A stretch of 64,000 bases of DNA, taken from the NCBI GenBank assembly GCA_963674945.2, contig CAXXWQ010000002.1, positions 64,001 through 128,000 on the forward strand. The letters are read 5' to 3'. The notes below the pieces were generated by a model. It searched no databases and was not told the DNA's origin. It saw only the letters and a program-made list of their open reading frames with translations. This document shows, piece after piece, positions 27,466-38,455 of the stretch (the first letter of the stretch is position 1; each line of letters opens with the position of its first letter). Source of the DNA: an uncultured Desulfosarcina sp. Its GTDB lineage: Bacteria > Desulfobacterota > Desulfobacteria > Desulfobacterales > Desulfosarcinaceae. A program made the translations under genes and the position numbers.

Positions 27466-29205
27466 TCAGGATTGAATGCCATACTTTTTCATCTTCCGCC
27501 ACAATGTCGTGCGTTCCATTCCCAGTTCACTTGCCGCTTTTTGCCGATGGCCGTCCGCCTTTTTGAGGGCTGCCAGAATACGCCGTCGTTCATAACCACT
27601 CCCTTTGTCCACCTCGCTGGAAGATGGAATTTTTACCGGTTGCGGCGTTATTACCCAGTCGGGTAAATGCTCCGGTTGAATCATCGTTTCGCGGCAGACG
27701 ATCAAGGAATGCTCCAGAATATTCTCCATCTCCCGAACATTTCCCGGGTAGTCGTAGTTGAGAAGAACTTTCATGACCGCGTTGGAGATGGCTGCGACGG
27801 GTGCCGATCGTTTTGCACACAGATTGCGTATGATGTGGCGGATCAAGATGGGAAGGTCTCCCCTGCGATTTTTCAATGGGGGGAGCTCGATGTGCAGGAC
27901 ATTGAGACGATAGTATAGATCTTCTCTGAACAATCGTTGTTCCACGAGGTTTTTAAGCCGTCGGTTCGTTGCCGAGATGATGCGCACATTCACCTTTCGG
28001 GTGCGTCGGGAGCCCAGGGGGTAAAACTCCTTGTCCTCCAGAACCCGAAGCAGCTTGGCCTGAAGGGAGAGGGGCAGATCGCCGATTTCATCCAAAAGGA
28101 TCGTTCCCCCCTCGGCCTCGGAAAAACGACCCGGCTTGTCCCGATCAGCGCCGGTGAAGGCGCCCTTGACGTAACCGAAGATCTCTGACTCGATGAGGCT
28201 TTCGGGGATGGCGGCACAGTTCACTTTCACCATCGGTGCCTTTGACCGTGGGCTGATCGAGTGGATTACTTTGGCCAACAGATCTTTACCCGTTCCCGTG
28301 TCCCCCTCCACCAATACGGTTGCGTCACTCGGGGCCACCACCGATACCATATCGAAGATCCGTTGCATGGCCGGATCCTTTCCGATCATGTCGTGAAAGG
28401 TGTACTTGTCCCTGGTGGCCCGGTCCAGTTCATGGGCCAGGGTCATGTCATGAAACGTTGCAAGACCTCCGATGATCACGTCCTTTTCGTCTCTTAAAGC
28501 GATGTAATTGGCTCGAATGGGAATGACGATGCCATCCTTGTCAATCACCCGTCCTTTATGATTGAAGCGATTTTTTCCCGAAGAGATGGTTTCCTTGAGC
28601 GGACATAGATCCGGTGCATGTTCATCGGAGACGATGGTGGCGCAGGATTGGCCCAGTATCTGATACCGATTGTATCCGGATATGGTCTCGGCGGCACGGT
28701 TGAAGAAATTGATCAATCCGCCACGGTTAACGGAGAAAATGCCCACATCCATGTTGTCGAGGATGATTTTTAATCTCCTCTCCTCGTAATGCAGCCGGTC
28801 GATCAATTGGGTAATGGGCGAATGATCCTGAATAATGGTCATGCATCCGTCGATGTTCCCATGGTAATCGTAGATGGGGGTGGCCATCAGCGTGCACAGG
28901 TGCCGCTGGTCTGCATCCTCGTTCACCTTCGTGACCGTGCAGCAATCATCGGCATCATCCGGATGGTCAATCACACAGGATGCCGTGCAGGGAACACCGG
29001 TGAACACCTCCCGGCAGTCCAGGTGGATTACCTCGTTTTCCCTGAGCCCCAACAGCGCCTGGGCACAGAGATTGATGGCGGTAATACGCCGCTTGCCGTC
29101 GGCTACGAAGGCACCGATGTTGAGTTCGTCCATGACTTCCAGCCAATGGTCGCATCGGATACGTTGCTGTCGATCAAACGGTATTTTTCCCATTGTCATC
29201 CTCAT
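27466..29205 (-). CDS. PAS-PAS sigma54-dependent Fis-family activator
   Basis: Two PAS-like segments, GDTGTGKD, GAFTGA, LDEIGD, FREDLYYRL, PGNVREM, C-terminal HTH. Confidence 0.96.
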   Translation of the reverse strand: MRMTMGKIPFDRQQRIRCDHWLEVMDELNIGAFVADGKRRITAINLCAQALLGLRENEVIHLDCREVFTGVPCTASCVIDHPDDADDCCTVTKVNEDADQRHLCTLMATPIYDYHGNIDGCMTIIQDHSPITQLIDRLHYEERRLKIILDNMDVGIFSVNRGGLINFFNRAAETISGYNRYQILGQSCATIVSDEHAPDLCPLKETISSGKNRFNHKGRVIDKDGIVIPIRANYIALRDEKDVIIGGLATFHDMTLAHELDRATRDKYTFHDMIGKDPAMQRIFDMVSVVAPSDATVLVEGDTGTGKDLLAKVIHSISPRSKAPMVKVNCAAIPESLIESEIFGYVKGAFTGADRDKPGRFSEAEGGTILLDEIGDLPLSLQAKLLRVLEDKEFYPLGSRRTRKVNVRIISATNRRLKNLVEQRLFREDLYYRLNVLHIELPPLKNRRGDLPILIRHIIRNLCAKRSAPVAAISNAVMKVLLNYDYPGNVREMENILEHSLIVCRETMIQPEHLPDWVITPQPVKIPSSSEVDKGSGYERRRILAALKKADGHRQKAASELGMERTTLWRKMKKYGIQS

Positions 29206-29914
29206 CGTGTAAGGCGAGGGTCATGACATCGCGGGTGCTTTGCTTATCGTCGATGATCACAGCACGGGTCACTGTCCGGATGAGGTGGAGGGTTGCCTGC
29301 CTTCGCGGAATTGGACAATCGTATCGCTTGCTCTATCGATCATCAGGAGGGCATTGGGAGCGAGTGCGGCAAATTCAGCAAATTTTCATCATCATAGGCA
29401 ATTGTCGCTGGTTCGTCAATACGGCCTCCGTCGTAAACATGTGTCCCTGTCCACCAGGAAGGGGACGGGGCCGGAATATACTGGTATTTAGTGATGGATA
29501 TCACATCATTTTCACTTCCACCTTGTATTACTTATGTAAGTCCGAACCCGACGGCTTGCCCATTTGTGTATCAAACTGGGCACACAACTGGCAACCGCGA
29601 AAAAGGGCATCAAAAGGCGGTGGTTTTATAGGCGGGCGGCGCTTGAAGCGAATCGTCCGGCGCTTGAAACAGAGGGATGGAATTTCAGCATGAATGCCCA
29701 ACAATCTGCAGAGGAATTCGTTGCGACTGCTTTCCAGCGACATTGTGTGGATATCGAGAAAAAGGAATTGGTGGGGAAATTTCGATTCGATTTGGTTGAT
29801 CCCTGGAAACGGATGTGGCTTTGGGATGAAGATAAAACACCGGAACTGCTGAACCGGCTATGAATTCGGAAAAAGCAATAATCATTCGCTTACGTATTCA
29901 TAAAGGAGGATATC

Positions 29915-32305
29915 ATGGCAAAAATGACCAAAAAGGAGGAGGGGTCGATCCTGATGCGCGGCGGGGAGAAAATTGCGCTGGTAAAAGTCGATAATCAGTT
30001 CTCCGCTTTTCTTCGATCCGGCGTGGATTCGACGGCCAAATCGGCTTTTAAATCAGCCGATCGTAAACAGGCGTTAAGCAAGCAGATGGGAGTCTATGAA
30101 GTTAGTCCCAGCAATCTCAATAAAGTGATGAAAGATGTGCGCACAGATAAAGATGTGTTGTTTTGCCACCATGTCTATGCTGCTGCCGAACATCCTGAAT
30201 CCAATTTCTTATTGACGGATCAGATCATCGTTCAATTTAAGGAAGGCATTTCTTCTAATCAAATTACCGAGGTACTGAAAAAATACCACCTTGAGATTGT
30301 GGAAGAGTACACCGATCGTTCTAATAATTTTCTTCTGCGTGTTACCTCTGATTCCGGTGCAAACCCACTGAAAATATCCAACCGACTACATTCGGAGGGT
30401 CTGACGGAATATGCGGAGCCGAATCTGGTCGTTCAGTATAAAAAGTATTTTGAGCCTTCCGATGCCAGATATACCAAACAGTGGCATTTGAAAAACAGAG
30501 GCGGCGTCGAACTCGTGGCCGGTGCCGATGTCAATGCGCCTGAAGCTTGGGATATTACGACCGGATCGCGAGGCGTCATCGTTGCGGTCATCGATGATGG
30601 TTTTGATTTGGATCACCCCGATCTGCAAGGGCCGGGAAAAATCGTCGCACCCATCGATTTCGGTTTGCGAACCCCTCCCACCTATTCAAACCCTGAACCT
30701 GAGATCATTTCGGACGAGCGACCTTACCCTGAAGGTGAAGACTATCACGGCACACCCTGTGCCGGCGTCGCAGTCGCAGAATTGGGTGGCGGTGATGCCG
30801 TGGGAATCGCTCCGGAATGTTCCTTGATGCCGATCAGGTGGCCTTTTTACGGCACAGATAGCATGGTCTCGGCGATGTTTACCCATGCCTGTCAATCAGG
30901 AGCTGCGGTGATTTCATGTAGCTGGGGGCCGGGTCCCGGCATAAATCCCATCAGTTCAAAATTCAGTCAGGTTTTGCATGATACGGCAACACTCGGTCGA
31001 GGCGGAAAGGGGTGTGTGATCCTATTTGCAGCGGGAAATGATAATACACCTATCAATGATACGATCAACGGCACCCGCCATTTCAATGGAGAGGCAGGGC
31101 ACCCTGATGTGATGGCGATAGCTGCTTGTACCAGTATGAATAAAAAGGCGGCGTATAGCGGTTGGGGGCGCGAAATTTCGGTGTGCGCACCAAGCAACAA
31201 TTTCTGGCCCGGTGATGTCAGCCGCAAACTTCCTGGTCGGGGGATTGTTACCATCGATAATGGCACGCATGGATCAGGGTTCGATCCAGGACTCTATACG
31301 GAACGTTTCGGCGGCACATCCAGCGCCACACCATTGGCTGCAGGGGTGGCGGCGCTGGTCATCGCTGCCAATCCAACGTTGACGGCAGCACAGGTACGGG
31401 AAATCTTGGAGACCACTGCCGACAAAATCGAGGATCACGATCCTGATCCGCAACTGGGCATCTCCAAGGGCACCTATGAAGCGAATGGACACTCGGAATG
31501 GTTCGGCTATGGAAAGGTTAATGCTGGAAAAGCTGTGCGCAAGGCAAGGAATGATGTCAGGATTTTAGAGATAAGGCAAATTGCGAACCTGCCTATTCCG
31601 GATGCTGATCCGGCGGGCATCGTGAGCCGAATTGTCGTTGATCAAGATGCTCGAATCCAGAACCTCAAGGTTACCGTGGATATCCTGCATTCATATATTG
31701 GCGATCTGATGGTCTACTTGGTCGCTCCGGGTGGATATCGTGTCGTCCTCCATAATCGCGAGGGGGGGCGTACGGAGAATCTTTTGACGACTTTTGATGC
31801 GACATCTGCTCCCAAACTTATGGATCTCAATGGCGTGAGTGTACGTGGGGTCTGGTCCCTCGAAGTTTCCGATTACGCCCGATTTGATGAGGGCGTTTTA
31901 AGGCAGTGGACATTGACGGCTGCTGTAGATGATGATGGCTCCATCCAGATTGAATCACAGCCTTCACAATCGATCCCTGACAACGAACCCAATGGTATTT
32001 CGGACCGGATATTGATCTCCCAATCAAGGAATATTTCTCAGATTGCTATAGAGATAGATATTACCCATACTTGGATTGGTGATCTCAGGGTAGTACTCAC
32101 CGGACCTTCGGGGGCGCAGGCGATTCTCCATGATCGTTCAGGGTCAAATGCCGTCAACATTCAGCGTGTGTTTGATGCGGCGAATGCACAGGATCTGAAT
32201 CGATTCCTCAATACAGATGCTCGTGGGGAATGGGTGCTTTCGGTTTCGGATCATGCCGGAAGAGACACGGGTAAGCTCAATCGTTGGGGTATCCGGATCC
32301 ACTGA
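29915..32305 (+). CDS. S8 subtilase with two proprotein-convertase P-domains
   Basis: VIDDG (Asp), YHGTPCAG (His), FAAGN, GGTSSATP (Ser); tandem IPD...H(S/T)(Y/W)IGDL...G.W.L.VSD domains; AGGAGG RBS. Confidence 0.93.
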   Translation: MAKMTKKEEGSILMRGGEKIALVKVDNQFSAFLRSGVDSTAKSAFKSADRKQALSKQMGVYEVSPSNLNKVMKDVRTDKDVLFCHHVYAAAEHPESNFLLTDQIIVQFKEGISSNQITEVLKKYHLEIVEEYTDRSNNFLLRVTSDSGANPLKISNRLHSEGLTEYAEPNLVVQYKKYFEPSDARYTKQWHLKNRGGVELVAGADVNAPEAWDITTGSRGVIVAVIDDGFDLDHPDLQGPGKIVAPIDFGLRTPPTYSNPEPEIISDERPYPEGEDYHGTPCAGVAVAELGGGDAVGIAPECSLMPIRWPFYGTDSMVSAMFTHACQSGAAVISCSWGPGPGINPISSKFSQVLHDTATLGRGGKGCVILFAAGNDNTPINDTINGTRHFNGEAGHPDVMAIAACTSMNKKAAYSGWGREISVCAPSNNFWPGDVSRKLPGRGIVTIDNGTHGSGFDPGLYTERFGGTSSATPLAAGVAALVIAANPTLTAAQVREILETTADKIEDHDPDPQLGISKGTYEANGHSEWFGYGKVNAGKAVRKARNDVRILEIRQIANLPIPDADPAGIVSRIVVDQDARIQNLKVTVDILHSYIGDLMVYLVAPGGYRVVLHNREGGRTENLLTTFDATSAPKLMDLNGVSVRGVWSLEVSDYARFDEGVLRQWTLTAAVDDDGSIQIESQPSQSIPDNEPNGISDRILISQSRNISQIAIEIDITHTWIGDLRVVLTGPSGAQAILHDRSGSNAVNIQRVFDAANAQDLNRFLNTDARGEWVLSVSDHAGRDTGKLNRWGIRIH

Positions 32306-32467
32306 TCCATGATAGCGTCGTTCAGAGAAACTGGTACCGAGGACATTTTCGACGAAGTTGAAATCACAGACTGCCACCGATGAATCTGTTGGTCGGAGAC
32401 TTTTCAGGAAGCGCCGTCCAATACGTCCGGGCAAAATGCTATTCGAGTAGTGTTGGTTTCGGTTGCT

Positions 32468-34081
32468 TCAGGGCTTCGTCTTTTTCTCACCAAATCCGAT
32501 CTTTTGGACCAGGCTCAGCGACCCGATGCGGCCGATCATATAATCGATGGCTTCGATCTTGAAAATCCGGCCCCACAAGCCGGTCAGAAATACGAAAATG
32601 GCCGAGACGACGACAATCATCAAGACATCACAGATCAGCGTGGCAACTCCGATCAAGGATTGAAGTTCTCGGTGCACCAGCCAGAGGATCGCACCGATGG
32701 CCAGGCCGGCGAGGATCGCTTTTCCGTAGGCTTGGTAAACGTCGACGGCCCCTTTGTTGTCGCTGCGCCGGTTCCAGACCGAGAACAACAAGATGGTCTG
32801 GAGCAGAGCGGATGCGGAAATGGCCAGCCCGACACCGGCAATGCCCAGCATATGCAATCCGAACCAGTACACCGGAAGGCTCAACACCACGGCAATGGTG
32901 CCGAAAACCGTCGGCAGCAGGGTGTTCTGGGTGGCATAGAAACCGCGGTTGACCACGGTCTGAGTAACGAAGGCGATGGCACCGACCATCAGACAGGCAA
33001 GGATCAGGGCCGTCATCATCGTATCGTCTTCGGTAAACCGGCCCCTTTCGAAAAGCACGCGCACGATCTCATGTCTTAGCACGGCCACCAGAACGGATAC
33101 CGGGATGACAACGGACAGATAGCGCAGCACTTTGTTGATGGTGTCGTTCAATTCCTGAATTTTTCCCCGGGCGGCCAACCGGGCCATAAAGGGGTAGGAG
33201 GCGACACCCACGGCCTGACCGAAAAAGCCCACCAGGATCATCATGACGCGCATGGCATAATCGATCCAGGCAATGGCGCCGGTGGGCAAAAAACTTCCGA
33301 AAAATTTTGAGAACAGTTCGGTGGAAAACACCATGGTCAGCCCGATCATCAGGGGAAGAGTCAGGAAAATATAGCGTCTTAGATCCGGATGACCAAGGTC
33401 GATGGTCGGTTTAAATTTCATGCCATTGCGCATGGCGCCAACAACCTGTAGCAAGAAGCTGCCGATGGCCGCACCTGCCAGCGCCCCCCAGCAAAACCCC
33501 TCCACGCCCGCATGGCGGCGTAAAAGCCACCCTCCGGTGATGATGCCGACGTTGTAGATCAGCGGCGCCAGGGCCGGAAAGACAAAGCGATTCTTCGCAT
33601 ATTGCACGGCCATGAGCATGCCGCCGGTGAAAAAGAAGAATTGGGCGGGAAGGGTGATACGGGTCATTCTGACTGCCAGGGAAATGAATCGGGGGTCCTT
33701 GCGTCCCGCCGCCAGAACCGGCACGATGGTGGGGGCGAAAATCATTGCCGCGATGATGAGGACCGCCAGAATGACTCCGAATACCGTCAGGATATTGGAA
33801 AATGTATGCCAGCCCGTATCTTCCCGGTTGTCGGCAAGGTAGTGGGAAAAAATGGGGATAAAGGTTACCGAGAGAAAGCCGCTGGCCAGGATATGATTGA
33901 GTATTTCGGGCAGGATAAAGGCAACACGATAGGCATCGACATCTGTTCCCGCGCCTGCCAGGGCGGCCAGTACCATCTCTCTTACAACACCGGTGACGCG
34001 GCTTAAGAAGATACTGGTCATCATGATGATGGTGGCCACACCGATTTTTTTGAATTGGCTTGAGGCTTCCGTCTGGTTCAT
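32468..34081 (-). CDS. murJ: Lipid II flippase MurJ (MviN)
   Basis: LSRVTGVVRE, DAYRVAFILPE, FIPIF, LFERGRF, RGFYA; many TM segments. Confidence 0.93.
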   Translation of the reverse strand: MNQTEASSQFKKIGVATIIMMTSIFLSRVTGVVREMVLAALAGAGTDVDAYRVAFILPEILNHILASGFLSVTFIPIFSHYLADNREDTGWHTFSNILTVFGVILAVLIIAAMIFAPTIVPVLAAGRKDPRFISLAVRMTRITLPAQFFFFTGGMLMAVQYAKNRFVFPALAPLIYNVGIITGGWLLRRHAGVEGFCWGALAGAAIGSFLLQVVGAMRNGMKFKPTIDLGHPDLRRYIFLTLPLMIGLTMVFSTELFSKFFGSFLPTGAIAWIDYAMRVMMILVGFFGQAVGVASYPFMARLAARGKIQELNDTINKVLRYLSVVIPVSVLVAVLRHEIVRVLFERGRFTEDDTMMTALILACLMVGAIAFVTQTVVNRGFYATQNTLLPTVFGTIAVVLSLPVYWFGLHMLGIAGVGLAISASALLQTILLFSVWNRRSDNKGAVDVYQAYGKAILAGLAIGAILWLVHRELQSLIGVATLICDVLMIVVVSAIFVFLTGLWGRIFKIEAIDYMIGRIGSLSLVQKIGFGEKKTKP

Positions 34082-34207
34082 GTTTACCCAGGTTCATCTA
34101 TTCATAAATTTTCAAGAAAATATTGCACCAACGTTCAACGATTGTAATAATCTGTATCGTAGACAAAAGTTGAAACGCCCCGTGTAGGTATAACCAAAAG
34201 GTGGTCC

Positions 34208-35386
34208 ATGCAACAACCATTTTCCTTCACCGCTATGCCGAAGCTGATTTTCGGTGCCGGAAAAACGGATCAACTGTCATCCATCGTTTCTTCTTTCGGC
34301 GGCAGCGTGCTTTTTGCCACCGGCGCCGGTTCCCTGGAGCGATCCGGGCATTTTGCACGCATTTCTCAGGACCTGCGTAGCATGAATATCAAGGTGCATC
34401 ACTGCCCCGTCGGCGGTGAGCCCTCACCCGCAGCCGTGGATGAAATCGTTTCGCGGCATCGGGGAAAGGGGATCCGGGTCGTGCTGGCCGTGGGCGGCGG
34501 CAGTGTGATCGATGCAGGCAAGGCAATTGCCGCCATGCTGGAGGAGGAAGGGAGTGTGGTCGATTTTTTGGAAGGGGTCGGCACCCGAACGCCGTCGGGC
34601 AGATCGCTTCCGGTCATTGCCGTGCCGACAACATCGGGTACGGGCAGTGAGGCGACGAAAAATGCCGTGATTTCCCAAACCGGCGACGAGGGGTTTAAGA
34701 AATCCCTGCGGCACGACAACTATATTCCCGCGATGGCCCTCATCGATCCGGTTCTGTGCACGACTGCACCCCAGCCGGTAACCGCCGCCTGCGGAATGGA
34801 TGCCCTGACCCAGTTGATGGAATCCTACGTCTCCACCAAGGCGTCGCCGCTCACCGATGCGTTGGCCATGGACGGTATGCGATATCTCATCCCGGCTCTT
34901 CCACAGGCCTTTGGTCACGGCGCCAGTGATGTCGGCTGCCGTGCTGCCGTGGCCTACGGCGCGTTTCTTTCAGGGGTTACCCTGGCCCACGCCGGTTTGG
35001 GCGTGGTTCACGGTGCGGCCGGTCCCATGGGTGGACTCGTTGCGGTCCCCCATGGCGTGGCCTGCGCCAATCTGTTGCCCTTTGCGGTAAAGGCCACCAT
35101 CGATAATCTGGTCTCTGCAGGTACGCCGGCGTCAGCGGCCGCCTTGGAGAAATTTGCCAGTATCGGAAGGCTGTTCGGAGCCGATTGGCATGCACCGGTA
35201 GATTGTTGCCGCCATCTTGTTTCTCGGCTGTATGACTGGCTGGATGAGTTGTCTCTGCCCCGCTTGGGCCGGTTCGGCGTGACGACTGATCAAGTCGACC
35301 GGTTGGTTGAAATTGCCGCCAACAAAAACAATCCACTGCCGTTGACCAGAAGGCAGATTCGGCAGATGATTCTTGACCGATGCTGA
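34208..35386 (+). CDS. Iron-containing alcohol dehydrogenase
   Basis: GGGSVIDAGK, PTTSGTGSEAT, GMDALTQ, GLGVVHG, PHGVAC. Confidence 0.95.
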   Translation: MQQPFSFTAMPKLIFGAGKTDQLSSIVSSFGGSVLFATGAGSLERSGHFARISQDLRSMNIKVHHCPVGGEPSPAAVDEIVSRHRGKGIRVVLAVGGGSVIDAGKAIAAMLEEEGSVVDFLEGVGTRTPSGRSLPVIAVPTTSGTGSEATKNAVISQTGDEGFKKSLRHDNYIPAMALIDPVLCTTAPQPVTAACGMDALTQLMESYVSTKASPLTDALAMDGMRYLIPALPQAFGHGASDVGCRAAVAYGAFLSGVTLAHAGLGVVHGAAGPMGGLVAVPHGVACANLLPFAVKATIDNLVSAGTPASAAALEKFASIGRLFGADWHAPVDCCRHLVSRLYDWLDELSLPRLGRFGVTTDQVDRLVEIAANKNNPLPLTRRQIRQMILDRC

Positions 35387-35689
35387 CGGTTCCCCCGTTT
35401 GCGTTGAAAGACTCAACTTCTGTCCGAGTATTATGGACCTATTTGTGAGGATTCTGCCAGTTCTCATATTAAAAGCCAGGAGCTCTAGACGAGAAATCTC
35501 ACTTCATTTATATTTTCTATTTCATTCGGTGTCCACTATTTTTTTAAACTAATTGATAATATAAACGATCTCTCCTTTTTTATCTGCCTGCCATAAAATT
35601 TTTACGTATTTTTCTTATGTCCTATACGGCATAACCGATAAAAACAGTGAGATGTTGTGTTGCTAACACAATTAAAACAACAAAACGCT

Positions 35690-35716
35690 TAAAGTTATTC
35701 TCATATCAAACGATAA
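35690..35716 (+). promoter_or_regulatory. Putative sigma28 (FliA) promoter for the MCP
   Basis: TAAAGTTA-N11-AACGATAA versus consensus TAAAGTTT-N11-GCCGATAA; upstream of a chemoreceptor. Confidence 0.45.
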
Positions 35717-35834
35717 GGCGTTTTATGGATATCTTTGAACAGTTATATTTTAAATAAGCTGCGTGTTGAGTAGAAGCTGACTCGAATGCCAAGTGGAATC
35801 TGAATTGAATGACCTTTATTGTGGAGGAATCCGA

Positions 35835-37865
35835 ATGGGAATCAAAAACATGACCCTCAAAACGACATTGAAAACGACCCTCAGAACGAAATTGATTTTC
35901 AGTTTTGCGATTATAATTGTTCTTCTCCTTCTCGTTTCGATGGTAGGTTACAGGGCGTCCCGACAGGCATCCATAGGATTTACACAATTCCATGAGATGG
36001 CACGTGACGCCGATCTGTCCGAACGCCTTCAATCCAACATGTTGATGATGCGCATGAATGTGAAGGATTTCATCATCAGGGGCAGCGACGAAAATATAGA
36101 GCAATACGATCACTACCTTAAGATAATGAATGGATTTTTGGAAGAGGCCAAAAAGGAGATCCATGATCCGGAAAGGGCCAAAAAGGTAGCGTTCATTGAT
36201 AAAGAAGTGCGTGAATACCAGCGTTCTTTTGCCAAGGTCGTTGAATTTAAAAAGCAGCGCAACCATATGGTCCATGAGATTTTGGATCTTGACGGCCCGC
36301 GTATGGAAAAAGACCTTACCGCCATCATGACATCAGCCGAGAAGGATCAGGATCTCAAAGCCACGTTTCATGCCGGATTGGCCCTGCGGAATCTTATACT
36401 TGGGCGTCTTTATGTGGCAAAGTTTCTGGAAACAAATACGCCCGAAAGCGCCGAAAGGGTCGCTGCTGAATTCGCGGCATTTGAGAGTGAACTGTCTGCG
36501 CTGGATGCTTGTCTGGATAATTTCGAGCGGAGACTTTTTCTGGAAGGGCTCAATCGCACCGAGAAAAAATACCTGCAGACATTTAAGGACGTAGCCGCCC
36601 TTATTAATACGCGCAACGAGGTCATCACCGGCACACTGGACCGCATCGGACCGGAGATCGCAAAGAAGGTCGAAGAGATCAGACTTTCCATCAAAACCGT
36701 TCAGGATGACATCGGTCCCCGCCTGCAGGCCGCCAACAAAGATTCCATGCGAAGGATCGGGCTCGCCACCGTAGCAGCACTGCTGGCAGGGGGACTTCTG
36801 GTTTTCTTCCTTGTTCGCAATGTAGCCAATCTACTTGGTGGTGATCCTTCCGAAATTGCAAATGTGGCCCACAACATCGCAAAGGGAAACCTGATCATAG
36901 ACTTCAACGGCTCCAAGAAGGGACAAAAAATCATCGGCGTTTACAAAGACATGGAAACCATGACCAACAACTTGAAGCGCATGTTTGCAGATATCAATAA
37001 CGGCGTCGAGACGTTGACCTCCTCGGCAACCGAGCTTTCGGCCATATCCGAGCAGATGACAGCAGGCGTCCAGACCGTTGCGGAAAAATCCAACACGGTT
37101 TCCGCAGCCGCCGAAGAGATGAGCACCAACATGACCAATGTGGCCGCAGCCATGGAGCAGTCGGCGACCAATACCAACATGGTGGCCACGGCTTCTGAGG
37201 AAATGTCCTCAACCATTGACGAAATCGCGCAAAATGCCGAAAAGGCGCGCTGTATTTCAGAGGAGGCTGCAGGAAAAGCATCCAACACGACCACCAACAT
37301 GAGTCAACTTGGTAAAGCCGCCGATTCCATCGGCAAGGTGGTTGAGACCATCACCGATATTTCCGAGCAGGTCAACCTGCTGGCCCTGAACGCCACCATC
37401 GAGGCGGCCCGGGCCGGCGAAGCGGGAAAGGGCTTTGCCGTCGTGGCCAATGAGATTAAGGAATTGGCCAAGCAGACCGCCGATGCCAGCCAGGATATCA
37501 AGGGAAAAATCGATGGGATTCAGGGAACCACCACTACCACGATGACGCAGATTTCAGAGATTACCAAGGTGATTACGGATGTTAACGAAGTCGTGAACAC
37601 CATTGCCACCGCCGTCGAGGAGCAGTCTGCGGCCACCAAGGAGATTGCCGGTAACGTGGCACAAGCGTCCACAGGCATACAGGAGGTCAGCGATAATGTC
37701 GGCCAGAGCAGTTCGGTGTCCGAAGAAATATCCAGAGATATCGCCGCTGTAAGCCAATCCATGGAAGAGATGTCCACAAGCAGCAGCCAGGTAAATCTCA
37801 GCGCACAAGACCTGTCCAAACTTTCCGAAAATCTCAAGCGATTGATGGAACAGTTTACAATTTGA
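35835..37865 (+). CDS. Methyl-accepting chemotaxis protein (helical periplasmic sensor)
   Basis: Two TMs, [42 protein letters not shown]. Confidence 0.97.
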   Translation: MGIKNMTLKTTLKTTLRTKLIFSFAIIIVLLLLVSMVGYRASRQASIGFTQFHEMARDADLSERLQSNMLMMRMNVKDFIIRGSDENIEQYDHYLKIMNGFLEEAKKEIHDPERAKKVAFIDKEVREYQRSFAKVVEFKKQRNHMVHEILDLDGPRMEKDLTAIMTSAEKDQDLKATFHAGLALRNLILGRLYVAKFLETNTPESAERVAAEFAAFESELSALDACLDNFERRLFLEGLNRTEKKYLQTFKDVAALINTRNEVITGTLDRIGPEIAKKVEEIRLSIKTVQDDIGPRLQAANKDSMRRIGLATVAALLAGGLLVFFLVRNVANLLGGDPSEIANVAHNIAKGNLIIDFNGSKKGQKIIGVYKDMETMTNNLKRMFADINNGVETLTSSATELSAISEQMTAGVQTVAEKSNTVSAAAEEMSTNMTNVAAAMEQSATNTNMVATASEEMSSTIDEIAQNAEKARCISEEAAGKASNTTTNMSQLGKAADSIGKVVETITDISEQVNLLALNATIEAARAGEAGKGFAVVANEIKELAKQTADASQDIKGKIDGIQGTTTTTMTQISEITKVITDVNEVVNTIATAVEEQSAATKEIAGNVAQASTGIQEVSDNVGQSSSVSEEISRDIAAVSQSMEEMSTSSSQVNLSAQDLSKLSENLKRLMEQFTI

Positions 37866-37951
37866 AGCAAATGTCCTGCAACTGGATTAAAACCCATGCT
37901 TCCACTGTCGGCGTGATAAATGTGGTGGAGCACACGGAAGTAGGTGGGCGA

Positions 37952-38134
37952 ATGATATTCAAGGATGTTGAGGAAATCCAGTCTCTTCTGGATAAAACGA
38001 CTTCAACCAAAGATCGGCTGCATACCAGCCTCATGCTTCTAAGCGAAAAAAAGGAAGAACTGAGGCAGCTGATTGCGCCGCTTGAGTCAATATTGGAACT
38101 TGTAAGGCAAAGGCATGAAGACACGAATAGATGA
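37952..38134 (+). CDS. Small coiled-coil hypothetical protein
   Basis: MIFKDVEEIQSLLDK..., 60 aa, AGGTGG upstream. Confidence 0.4.
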   Translation: MIFKDVEEIQSLLDKTTSTKDRLHTSLMLLSEKKEELRQLIAPLESILELVRQRHEDTNR

Positions 38135-38455
38135 TAATCATCGGATCGAATGAGCCTTTTTCCGCTCCCGAAATCCGTTACAAAGGATGAACTCGCAAAA
38201 AACCGGATGCAGGACATTTTTCGAAACCGTAAAAAAAGGGGGTTGTGCATTTTATCGCCGCAACTTTGCATCGCTTCTCCATCAATCGTGGCACTCGGAG
38301 CACTCACGGAGTAAAGGTGGTTTTTGTCGATGCGAACATTTTTTGTTCGCCTTGACAGAATGGTGAAAAAATAGGATCTTTATTTTGTGCGAACTGAAAA
38401 GTTCGTCCACAGAACGATCATAAAACAGGCCCTTACCCAACTTTGCCAAGTGAGA

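Noticed and set aside
29230..29863. Several short ORFs between the sigma54 activator and the S8 protease, including a 57-aa ORF at 29690-29863
   Set aside because: No recognisable motifs and conflicting frames; cannot distinguish gene remnants from chance ORFs
35390..35830. Possible c-di-GMP riboswitch upstream of the MCP
   Set aside because: The GGCAAAC...GACGCAAA GEMM core was not found by eye
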